Program-made: the position numbers and the translations under genes
Part shown: piece by piece, positions 49,393 to 60,556 of the stretch
Numbering within the stretch: position 1 is the first letter of the stretch
Layout of the letters: the number at the start of each line of letters is the position of its first letter
The notes under the pieces: generated by a model
Database searches by the model: none
The model's input: the letters and a program-made list of their open reading frames with translations, nothing else
What the model was told of the DNA's origin: nothing
Source: Podarcis erhardii
Taxonomy: Eukaryota
Reading direction: 5' to 3' (one strand)
DNA: 64,000 bases
Assembly: GCA_964252035.1 (NCBI GenBank)
Contig: OZ176209.1

Positions 49393-49634
49393 CAGTGGTA
49401 CCTCGGGTTACATATGCTTCAGGTTACATATGCTTCAGGTTACAGAATCCGCTAACCCAGAAATAGTGCTTCAGGTTAAGAACTTTGCTTCAGGATGAGA
49501 ACAGAAATCGTGCTTTGGCGGTGCGGCGGCAGCGGGAGGCCCTATTAGCTAAAGTGGTGCTTCAGGTTAAGAACAGTTTCAGGTTAAGAACGGACCTCCA
49601 GAACGAATTAAGTACTTAACCTGAGGTACCACTG
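49393..49634 (+). mobile_element. Tigger-like MITE (~240-bp family)
   Basis: Same TIRs, TA TSD. Confidence 0.88.
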
Positions 49635-50714
49635 TACTGGCATGCCCAAGCTCACCTTAATGGCTGAGTGCAGAATGTGCTCTCATTCTGACTTCCTACC
49701 ATGCAAAGGGAAGCAATCATAGCCAAATCACCCAAGACATAAAAAGCACAGAAAATATACACCATCACCAGCAAACCAATTGTAATCGTGCAGTTCCTCT
49801 ACCAACCATCTTCTCATACCAGCAAGACAGAGAAAACACCAATCATAGTATAGTAATCCCACTTCTGTGTTGATGGTAAGACTTAACAAGGCACTCTATA
49901 AATCCCACTAAATCCAACAGAGATTATATCCAAGTGAATGTAGCCTATATTCCCCCTTCCCTGCTTGCTCCAGACTGTGGCCAGTGGTAGTTTCAAGGAT
50001 GAGGAATAGCAACCCTCCCCCTCAGTGACCTGAGCTGTGACAGTGTAGGCCAGCAGTTAAGAGTGTATAAAGATGAAGGAGAATTTAGGTCAGTCCTGTG
50101 AGTAGGAGTGGCAGATTCAAGGGTTGTCTCAAGACAGCTGGAATGACATGGAGGTGTAGCAGATGACTCAGTCCCACGGACAGTTTTGGAGTTAGAATCA
50201 TGTACATGGGATGAGGGAGACATCATGTTGTCCATTGCCTCAGGTAGCAGAATATATTGAGCTGGGAGACTGAGTGGTGTTGTTCCTCCAGACAATGGGG
50301 CTCAACTACATTCTTTTATGCACCGACAATAGCTTTTAATTTCTTTCATGGTTGAGGCACAAGCAAGGTATTTGTTTTCTGCTCTCATTGGTGCTCCTTT
50401 TTTGTAATATATATTAAAGGGGTTATTTCTAGGGAAAGCTAGGAGTGAGCTAGCTCTGTTTTCTGGAATATAATAAGTGCTAAAAATGAACTTTATTATT
50501 ATTATTTTTAGCAGTTCTAGCCTTCATGATTGCAAAGGCATTGTTGGCAAGATGACCATACTGCACTGGTAAAGATTCCAAATTAAAGAATCCAGTAATC
50601 TCATTTTCCCCCTTTTAGAACACACACACACACACAGTAAAAAAATAAATGATGGAAGGGGAGAATCAACATAGGGTTTTTGTGAGGGAGCTGTCAATAG
50701 TGGGATTTTTTATA

Positions 50715-50932
50715 CAGTGGTACCTCGGGTTAAGAACTTAATTCGTTCTGGAGGTCTGTTCTTAACCTGAAACTGTTCTTAGCCTGAAGCACCACTTTAG
50801 CTAATGGGGCCTCCCGATTTCTGTTCTCATCCTTAAGCAAAGTTCTTAACCCAAGGTACTATTTCTGGGTTAGCAGAGTGTGTAACCTGAAGCGTATGTA
50901 ACCTGAAGCATGTGTAACCCGAGGTACCACTG
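50715..50932 (-). mobile_element. Tigger-like MITE (~240-bp family, small internal deletion)
   Basis: Same TIRs, TA TSD; lacks the GC-rich gctgccgcgccg core. Confidence 0.85.
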
Positions 50933-51403
50933 TACTGGCATTGCATGTCAGGTACCAAAAGGATTTCTTATATTAACCAGGCCTAACATCATACAGCTTG
51001 ATTTTTTTTTTAATCAAAAGAGAATTAAGAAGTAACTGAATTCATAATCTCAGTAACAATGCTCTATTAAATACTGAACGGTTTGTCTGGAAGAGAGGTG
51101 CACAGCTGTAGCTGAAAAATGAAATATAGCCAAAGGCTTGTGCTCAGGATCCAAAGGCTAAGAAAAGTCAGGAGAAGAGATACCCCAAAGTATCTGAGAC
51201 TTCATAGCAAATAAAAATATACAGAGAGGGGACATGATAGAGCTGGCATTTGGGGGCAGCTGCCAGGACCACAGCAGAGCCCCACTGCTGTTGATGTTCC
51301 TGGAGTCCCCATTCTGGGGCTGCAAACCAGCCAACATTTTAATTACCAACAATACCTAGGCTGTCTGGGGCTGAAAGAAATTGTAATCCAAAACATCTGC
51401 AGG

Positions 51404-51597
51404 CAGGGGTGCCAACTTGAATAAAATATTGGGGGCGGGGCTGACGGCAGGTAAGTCCCACCCCACATAATCAATCACATGACATGGCTCATGCACACTA
51501 TTTGAATGACAATGCCCATCAACTTTGGGGGGGAGGCCCTGAAATATTTTATGGGGGGGAGCGAAGGAACCTCAGCCCCTAGGAGTTGGCTCCTCTA
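51404..51597. mobile_element. hAT MITE (CAGGGGTGCCAAC family)
   Basis: 8-bp TSD TCTGCAGG (51396-51403, 51598-51605); related copies at 30646-30825 and 56775-56935. Confidence 0.8.
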
Positions 51598-52341
51598 TCT
51601 GCAGGCTGTCAGACTGGGAAGACTGCACTACCTGCTGGGCTTTCTACACTGGCTGAGAAGTGAAAGGCTCTGTCTCTGGGTTCAAATAATCTAGGTTCTG
51701 GACCACCAGGCCCCATGTTTCCTTTGTGATGCCATTTGGGTATTTTTTACTTAGGGACTTAGGGCTAATTTGTATGAAATGTGCTATGCACAGTTCCACA
51801 TGGTGAATACATTGCACCAAATGTGCAAATCCACGTGGCGAGTATGTTGTTCAAATGTATCCTCTGGCAAAAGTGCATTGCTGGGGTGGCACCATCTTGG
51901 ACGCAGTGTGGCTAAGGGCCCAGGAGTTCTATATTTTGGACAAGATTTTAATTACCAAATAAATAAATAAAAATAAAGGATGCTGTCCAAGCATATAAAC
52001 TTCCTGCTCAGATTCACTTCCTTCATTTAGCTGAATAGCATTCAGCTAAAGCATGAACCATTTTGTCAAAACATACTGTCCCAAAATATGTTACACCCAA
52101 ATTTGTCCTTTATCTCAAAACGCAACACAGTTCATTTCTATGCCCATGGAAAATCAGGTTGTCAAGTAAGAACCATGTGTTTCTGAGTTGTTTTAGGGTT
52201 AAGTTACAGCTGTTCTATTTGCTGAACATAAATTCTTCCCTTGACATCCTATTTGAGGTACTCCTAAATTTTTTAATTATGTCTGCTTTCTGTGCCATCA
52301 GTTTTCTAAGTAATAAACCACTAGATACAACTGATTACAGC

Positions 52342-52342
<1 letters not shown>

Positions 52343-52372
<30 letters not shown>

Positions 52373-52378
52373 TACTAC
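52343..52378. repeat. (TAT)n/(TAC)n microsatellite
   Basis: Directly visible. Confidence 0.9.
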
Positions 52379-53698
52379 TGATTCACCTTTTCCCTCTTTC
52401 ATGATTTAGCTTAGTAGTTTAGTTGAAGGAAAGAAGTGACTTTGAGCAGGAAGTTTAAATAAGCTCAGACAGTTGTCATTTTCTTTTCTTTCCTTGGTAA
52501 TCAAAATTGGCTTCCTGCCAAGGGAACATAATTAAAATTATTCTTCATGGCAAGGAAAAAAAGATGTAAAGGGGAGGGTTCCTGTCTCAAAGTACATAAA
52601 CAGCTATAACTCATCTCTCTGCATACGTGTTTTAATGGCATGCTTTTTGTGACATTCTAAAAGTGGATAATGATTGCAACTTTGGATAACTATTTTATGG
52701 AAGTGGGTTTAATTTTTTTTAATAGGGTCTTTTTGTTGTTCTTGCTTGTTTTAAAATTAAACCATCATTGAAAAAATAGGCAAATGTGTCCCATACCCAG
52801 CTGTAGTCCCTAAATTATAGGGTTTTAAAAATTGCATATGGTTACTCATACACCATTACGTTAATCCACCAGGATGTAAAGATATTTTTAAAAGTCCCTG
52901 CCTGATATGAAATTAATCTTCCACTGTTCTGAATGCCTACAACTCCCACTGAAAGCAAATGGAAACTATATGTGCTCAGTAACCTTTTCAAGATGAGGAT
53001 TTCAACTGGAAAGGAGGAAGTGTTGTGGGCTTCTCTGCAAAAGTGTCCTCCTGGCTGGTTGGGGCGAGGATGAGAAAAGTTGGTAATTTCTAACAATTTT
53101 AACATGCATTTGTTTTGCATTCCAAAGGAGGCAACTATAGGGTTTCTCTTTAGGACATTTTTGCATACAGCACAAAGAACACTCTGGCTCAGAAGCCATA
53201 GCAAACATATGGAGGCAACTTCACTTTTTCCCCAGTCTTGCTGGTGCTGTGCTACCCAGGGCTAAGCCATGGTTTGACTTAGCATTACAGCCAAACCCCG
53301 GGTTTGTGGTTTGTCTCCTCCAGACAAATAGTGAGCCAAGAATAAACAGGCTATACAGATCATGGTTTGTCTGGAGTGAGACAGACCATGAGGATGGGTT
53401 TGGGCATAACACTAAGCCAAACCAAAGTACCAGTGGGCCAGTTTTGAATCAGATCTTCATTGCAGACAGTGTAGTCACTTAGACTTACTTCAAAGTACAG
53501 ATGTTTATAATGATAGCTTTGAACCTTACACATGAAAACTGCTTTAAAAAATGGATAGCCCAGCCCTGTGCATATTTACTCAAGAAAAAAGTGATACTGA
53601 GCTCAGTCGTTGGGTGTGCATAATGGGCTGGTTTGTATGCCACATTAAACCATGGTTTAATGCTAACTCTGCCCAATAAAAACACTGTACTTGTTGTA

Positions 53699-53928
53699 CA
53701 GTGGTACCTCGGGTTACAAACTTAATTCGTTCCGGAGGTCCGTTTGTAACCCAAAACCCTTCTTAACCTGAGGTGCGCTTTTGCTAATGGGGCCTCGCGC
53801 TGCTGCTGCCGCTGCCTTGGCCTCGTGATTTCTGTTCTCATCCTGGGGCAGAGTTCGCAACCCAGAGCAACTACTTCTGGGTTAGCAGAGTTTGTAACCC
53901 AAAGCGTTTGTAACCCAAGGTACCACTG
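53699..53928 (-). mobile_element. Tigger-like MITE (related subfamily)
   Basis: TA|CAGTGGTACCTCGGGTTAC...GTAACCCAAGGTACCACTG|TA. Confidence 0.85.
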
Positions 53929-55761
53929 TATGCTTTCTCCCGCCTCTCTTCTTCCATATGTCCAGGAGGGGGACTTCTAATGAGTCTACTTTCAGTTTCA
54001 AATAAACTTGGCTTAGTGTCATGTTTCAGAAAACAAAAATGTCCAGTTCTCATAAAAGGCAAGCAAATATTGGGCCAGCTCAATGGGATGGCAGGTAAGG
54101 TAAACATTCAATATATGCTGCCAGCAAGTGGGTATTATTGTAAGGAAGTAGGGACAGAGCAGGAGGATTTCATACCTTTGTGAGCAAAGAATGTGGCAGG
54201 GAGAAGATTTTGTAGTGTTTCTTAATGAGATGAAGTCATATTTTATACCATGTGAGTTTCATAGAAAGCTTATGAATAAGAAACAGTTGTCCCATTGCTT
54301 TTCAATCCCAGGAAATTATTTAGACTTAAATATCCCATTGTTCAGAGCACTTATCTTTATTTATCAGCTCTCCAAGGACGCTTGCTCTGTTCTGTAGTTT
54401 CCTGTGAAACCAACAACCAGAGACAAGCAGGAAATTCTGGCTTCTATTGAGCTGGTGGGTCAGGTTCTTTTTTTAAAAAGACTGTCATTTTAGCTGCAAT
54501 TTTCGGTTTTTACTGTAGCTGCTTTATTCCCTTCTGTCCTCTTGCTTCAGTACCCTGGATAACTTGACACTAAATCCTTTGTGTGGGGATCCTGTGCCTC
54601 TAATTTGTTGACCTTATGATATTTAAACATTATTAAGAGTTGACAAAAGGGCCGTGTGCCCTTTCATTTCCCATCAAGTAGAGGCTGCCGCACGGTATCA
54701 ACAACTTGCCTTGTGCATGGTTGGCATCCCACCCCCCACCCCCGCCAAATATGAGTCATCTTTCAATCTGAGTACAGCTCTCGATGCTGATAAAGAATAC
54801 TGGGCTCCTGTTGTTATTGTGGCAGCAGCATCTTCATTGAGCACCTAATCAGTGGTTGTGGCAGCACTTTGCTCGGTTTAATAAAATGAAAAATGCATCA
54901 TGAGGATTATAGTGTAGAGCTGGAGGGTGCTGGAACGATCTGGGGCAGGGGGCAGTAGTAGGCTCAGGTGCAATTGGAGGGCATTGAATAAAAAGGAGGT
55001 TCCCGTGGAAACATGAAGAAGAGAGTTTTGAAAAACCATTCGTACATGTTTCATCTGTTGTGTAATGACGCTTACCGCAGGTCGGGTGCTGCTGTGGATC
55101 TGGCAGTCATGCTGGAGGTGAGAGGTTTTCCTGGGCTTGGCCTCGGCTTCACCCAGGCCTGGGAAGTGGATTGCAGCTTGCCTGCCTACTTGGCCAATGG
55201 CAAAATTGTGTAGGACATAGGTAGAAATATACATACATAAAAGAACGGAAATTTATCACTGCATCTTTCTGTTTGTTCACTTAAAGAAGGTAGATTTCCA
55301 GGGGGACGCGGAGTATTTTTCTTTCTTTCTGAAAAGGGGCTAGCAAGCCAAATAAGTTTGGGAACCTCTGGTGTAGAGCATCAGCGGTAAATAATCTGCA
55401 TAGCAGGCCAAAGGTTCCAGTTTCAATCCTTGGTGCCTCCGGGTAGGGCTAGGAATGTCCTATGTCTGGATTGCCACTGCCTGTAAGTGCAGACGCCACT
55501 GAGTTAGATGGACCAATAACTCTTGACTCTAATAAGGCAACTTTCTGTGTTCCTTCCTAGGCCATCCAAAGGGGTGGCAAGGCTTGCTAGTAACAAAGGC
55601 TTTTACAAGAGGAGAGAGAATGGGATTAGTCTTTTGTTTAGGTGACGGTCTCCTGTCTCTTGATAATTGACAGTAGTGACAGTTCTAGGAGTTTCGGGGG
55701 GTTGCTCTTGGACAATATGACCTCAGGTGGAGTAGCTAGACTTCCTGAATGTGTCCAGATA

Positions 55762-56002
55762 CAGTGGTACCTCTGTTTAAGAGCAGTCCTGTTTACGAAT
55801 GTTTGGGTTTACGAACTCCCCAAAACTGCAAGTAGTGTCCCGGTTTGAGAACTTTACCTCGGTCTAAGAATGGAATCTGAATGGTGGAAGAGCATCAGCG
55901 GCGGGAGGCCTCATTAGGGAAAGTGTGCCTCGGTTTAAGAATGGTTTTGGTTTAAGAACGGACTTTCAGAATGGATTAAGTTCGTAAACCAAGGTACCAC
56001 TG
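55762..56002. mobile_element. Tigger-like MITE (related subfamily)
   Basis: TA|CAGTGGTACCTCTGTTTA...TAAACCAAGGTACCACTG|TA. Confidence 0.82.
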
Positions 56003-56935
56003 TATTGCTGTTAAGCTTCTCCTTGCTTTTGCCACATGCTGGAAGAAGGCATGTGAACAAGCAGCAGCAATCTGGAAGTGAGGGAGCAGAGCCAGCATGC
56101 TCTGGGGGTTGGCAGTGGGACCCCTGATGCAAAGTGGGTCTAAGCAGGTGCCCAGTGGTGCCAACTTCTACCCCTGACCTTGGTGGACAGTGTTGGCTGT
56201 GTGATTGTGAAACAGTGGAAAGCTTGTATGCATATTGAAAAAGCAATGTTGCGATTAACTTATGTGTCTCTACCATAGTTATTGTTACAGGATAAAAACC
56301 TAAATAACATAGCTAGTTTCACTGATGTAACAAAAACAACAACAACAAAAATCTGCAGTGTTGTTGCTTTTACCTTTGTTAGTTTAAAACCCCAGATGCG
56401 ATGAAATTATAAGCGAATAAACGAATTGTGCAATCTGCTCCACTGCACAGCAACAGAGCCTACTTTCTCTGGAGCAAGATCTATAGCAGCAGTACAATAC
56501 ATCACATCTCATCCGTTTCCTCTGGCATTGCAAGATGGTCTCCTGCACTAAGTAAGCCTTCAGTGCCACTGCTGATGAGGTCTGAAATTCCATGCCCTTT
56601 GGAAGCTGCTTCTTTGGGGGGGGGGGGGAGAAGCAGAACACCACCAACCCATAACCCCTTATGTTCTGTGTAAAGGTTCATTGCAAATGACTGTCCTACC
56701 ACCTGTCCAACACTGGAGTGGTTTTTGCATTTGGCAAAATAATCTTGCAAGGCAGATTTAGCATTTTCAGTGAGCAGGGGTGCCAACTAAAGGTGGCGGA
56801 AGGGGCTTTGGCCCCCTCAATATTTGTGGGCAGGGGGCCGAGCCCCCCAATATTGAGGGGACTCCAATCAGATTGTATTCCTATCAGCAAACACTCCCTC
56901 CATACTCCATACTCCCTATGCCCCCAAATCACTGC

Positions 56936-57054
56936 ATGATTTCTGTTCTCATTCTGAAGCAAAGTTCTTAACCCAAGGTACTATTTCTGGGTTAGCGGAA
57001 TCTGTAACCTGAAGCGTCTGTAACCTGAAGCATCTGTAACCCAAGGTACCACTG
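56936..57054 (-). mobile_element. Half Tigger-like MITE
   Basis: Only one TIR (..AACCCAAGGTACCACTG|TA) and half of the family body. Confidence 0.8.
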
Positions 57055-57056
57055 TA

Positions 57057-57480
57057 TAATACCAAGCCTGGCTTGGCTACACTGGTGGGCCCAATTCCAA
57101 ATCCTTAAATGGCTCAGGAACGCAATACCTAAAGGACTGCCTCTCCCCATATGAACTGACTCAGACCCTGCAATCATTATCTGAGGCTTTTGTTTGTGTG
57201 CCTCCTCCAAGAGAGGCCCAGAGGGTGGCAACACGACAATGGCCTTTTCTGCAGTGGCTCCCCTCCTGTAGAGTGCTCTTCCCAAGGAAGCCCGCCAGGT
57301 GCCTTCATTACATATCTTTAGGTGCCAGTCGAAAGCATTCCTCTTCTCCCAGGCCTTTGGCTAATTAAGCAATCAATGGCCTTTAAAGCTGTGTTTTTGT
57401 TTTGCGTTATTATGGTATGTATTTTTATATTGTAAGCCTCCCTGTGATCTTTGAATGAATTAGAAATTTAATAAATAATA
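57057..57480 (+). mobile_element. Degenerate L2 3' fragment
   Basis: ggctcagg..cctaaaggactgcctctccccatatgaac..gccttttctgcagtggctccc..cattcctcttctcccaggccttt resembles the L2 3' coding end. Confidence 0.7.
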
Positions 57481-58409
57481 ATGCTAGGGTTTTTTGGAAG
57501 GAGGGAAACAAGTCACAAGCCCAAGTTCAGATCTAATGCTAAGCTTAGCTATGGTTAACATAGCAGCAGCAGGACCAGGGGAGGAGCAAACCAGCTGCAA
57601 TTTTCTAAGTGCATCAACACACTTGGTCATCTGCATTAATTCATGGTTTGACTTAGCATTGCATGTGAACTGCAGGCAGCTCCATTACGGGAACTCAAGG
57701 ACTGTCTCCATGATTTGGAGAATATATTCCATGTGCTTAGTTGAGACAAGGGCAAATCAAGGGCTTGTACAGGCAGTAATTTTTTTATGGTCACTGCAAA
57801 TTGCTTCCTCCTTAGTACTACTGTGGCATTACCCATCTTCTTGCAATAATAATGTGATGACTGGACAAAGGTAACGGACAAGGGTAATAGCTGTGCTGTG
57901 GAGGAAGAAGCCAGTTTGCTCCATTAAAAAAAAGAAAAAAAGTTCCCCAAAAGGAATATGTATGCTGTAGTTCAAGAGCAGGAGAGCACTCATATTTCAT
58001 AGGACAGTTGATTGATTTTTTAGGAAAAAATCTTGAGATGATGAAACATAGCTGTAGGAGTGAGAAGCTTTGTCCTTTTTCATCCAGGGATATATGAGCG
58101 CTCATCCCTCCTACTGAAAGGAGAATTAGTAAATCATAAGCTAATAGTGAGAATAGGAAGAAAGAGAAAGCAAAAACCTTACAGTTGCAATATATTTTTT
58201 GCCTTCATGCCCTCGTTCCTTTGATAGTATTGAGCAGAACCAATTTAAAGCAACCAACAGGCCTCCAATGTTTTGGTCTTCCTGTGGCACCTTGAATTTA
58301 AAAGATGGTCCCTCGTTGTTGTGTTTTCAAAGCCAATGCTTGTAACAAATCAAAATGTTAGGGTTACTTAGAGTACACTACATTTAAGGGCACCTTCAGA
58401 CATCCTTTT

Positions 58410-58570
58410 TAAGTACATACGGAGAGCCTTGCTGGATGAGGCCAATGGCCCCTCTAGTCCAGCATCCTGTTCTCAGTAGCCAACCAGATGTCCATGGGAA
58501 GCTCACAAGTGGGACCTGGACACAAGTACTCTCCCTTCCTGTGCTTTCCAGCAGGTAGCATTCAAAAGCC
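58410..58570 (-). mobile_element. CR1 3'UTR fragment
   Basis: gctggatgaggccaatggcccctctagtccagcatcctgttctc is the reverse complement of the CR1 tail; a similar fragment lies at ~1500-1740. Confidence 0.65.
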
Positions 58571-58934
58571 TCTAACAGTGTGTGTGTGTGGGGGGGAGAG
58601 TGTTATGCATTCTATTGTCCATTCACGATTTGCGCTCATTATGGTATCAGGGTGGTTCTGTGTCATCCCTGCAAACGTTTTGGGACGCAGCTTTCGTTTC
58701 TGTGTCCCATAGCTTCCTGCTGAAATCCTGTAGCTTTTTATATGTCCCAAATGTTCCAGTTTTATTGTTTTGTCTCACTTCTGTTGCGTTATAGTACAAA
58801 AAAAAAGTCTTCCAGATGAAAATAATATAACAACACTGGGTAAGACTTGCAGAAGACCTAATAAAGTAGAACGGTGTGTGGTTTAAATCCACCCCCAATG
58901 CACCGCTGTTGCTGTTGTGAGGTGTTGCAGAATA

Positions 58935-59160
58935 CAGTGGTACCTCGGGTTAAGTACTTAATTTGTTCCGGAGGTCCGTTCTTAACCTGAAACTATTCTT
59001 AACCTGAAGCACCACTTTAGCCAATGGGGCCTCCCGCTGCTGCTGCGTTGCCACTGCACGATTTTTGTTCTCATCCTGAAGCAAAGTTCTTAACCCGAGG
59101 TACTATTTCTGGGTTAGTGGAGTCTGTAACCTGAAGCGTATGTAACCCGAGGTACCACTG
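58935..59160 (-). mobile_element. Tigger-like MITE (~240-bp family)
   Basis: Same TIRs, TA TSD. Confidence 0.88.
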
Positions 59161-59867
59161 TACACCTGAAAAATACTCTAGTCTAGAGGAGCCCTAAATG
59201 TATAAGTGAATGTCTGCCTCTCCTGTCTTAGGTCTGTCTATCTTCTCCTCTACCCAGCCATCAAACTGGAACAGTAAACAGCTTTCTGTGTTACAGAGTC
59301 ATAGACATTTCCCCACCAGCACGCAAATCCACCCTAAATAAACTTAAAAATACTGTTCAACTTTCTACAGTAGAATCCCACACAAGCAGCGAGTGATTAT
59401 GCTGTGTGCTCTCTAGAGAAAAACCCTTTGGGTTTTTCCCCTTTCGTGCTCACGACACTAAAAGAAATAATAAGCACCCTTCATCAGTCTGATGGGCTCT
59501 ATTTATATACCAAGTCAGGAAGGAGGGGAGAGGTTGGAGAGCCCCCCCCCCCCGATTTAGGATTTTGACTTTTTAATTAGATTTCCTCTCACAATCACCC
59601 AGCTGTCTGGGTTTGAGCCACAGATAAGTGGAGCTAGAGCTGATAGCAAGAGCAGCAGGATTGGGGTGGGGGAGGAAAATGAAGTAATTATTATTAGTAG
59701 AAGAGTACAATGCATTCATATGTTTATATGCATATGCACAATTTTCTCAAATTAGGAGGGTTTCTCCCTCAACATGGGTTAAAGCCCATGTTGGATTAAA
59801 GGTGACTAATGCTAAACAATATTTTTGATCCTCATGTTTGACCCTCTGCTTTTCTTCTACACAGAAA

Positions 59868-60179
59868 GGGGAAGGGTCATGGCTCAGTGGTAGAGCATAT
59901 GCTTTGCATGCAGAATGTCCCACTAGCATCTTCTGGTAGGACTGGGAAAGACTTCTGCCTATGGCTTAGCTCTGTGTAGTGCACAGCAGCAAAGCAAGGG
60001 GAAGAGTGAAGTGATTTCTGATCCATGAATTCACATGCTTGCTTATTCACCAGTTGTCCATGCCATCCAAAACGAGCCATGTCTGAAACCCCAGAGAGCC
60101 ACTGCCAATCACTGTAGACAGTACTGAGCTGGATGGGCCAATGATCTGACTCGATATAAGGCCACTTCCAATGTTCCTA
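59868..60179 (+). mobile_element. tRNA-Ala-derived SINE (Squam3-like) with ~120-bp internal insertion
   Basis: ggctcagtggtagagcatatgctttgcatgcag head; tail gtagacagtactgagctggatgggccaatg..atgttccta. Confidence 0.7.
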
Positions 60180-60504
60180 AGGCCAAGGCACAGTCAAGGC
60201 CAGACATTCTCGGGGCCTGAGGCACTTCCCAAGTCATGGTGAAGGCTAGCCAAGTTATTCTGCACGTGATGCAGAAATCCTGCAAGCACCTCCTTCCACG
60301 CCTAGGAGTAAAGATACAATAATAAGCCAAATTAGTCACAATTTGCCACCCTTTTATGACACCCTAGATCAGCTGCTGAGGCACTCACTTCACCCAATAG
60401 TGTTTAATTCAATTTATTTACCTATTTGAAATATTTCTAACCTGCCCTAGATCTCAAAGTGGGGTGCATATTTCATTTAAAACAGCATGCTGACACACAC
60501 ACAT

Positions 60505-60556
60505 TATTATTATCATTATTATCATTATTATCATTATTATCATTATCATTATTATT
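60505..60556. repeat. (TATCATTAT)-type simple repeat, likely the tail of a minus-strand L2 fragment
   Basis: Directly visible; followed by ataccacccatcatctgatgatcacagagcag. Confidence 0.8.

Noticed and set aside
55070-55120. RSGAAVDLAVML as possible TBXAS1 exon 11
   Set aside because: Only a vague match to IPAGAVLEMAV; FTRE and HDP..W..PE.F.PER are absent
59840-59864. Strong plus-strand acceptor (ttttcttctacacag) before a SINE head
   Set aside because: No downstream donor or coding support; it shows that strong acceptors arise by chance here, which also tempers the antisense gene model
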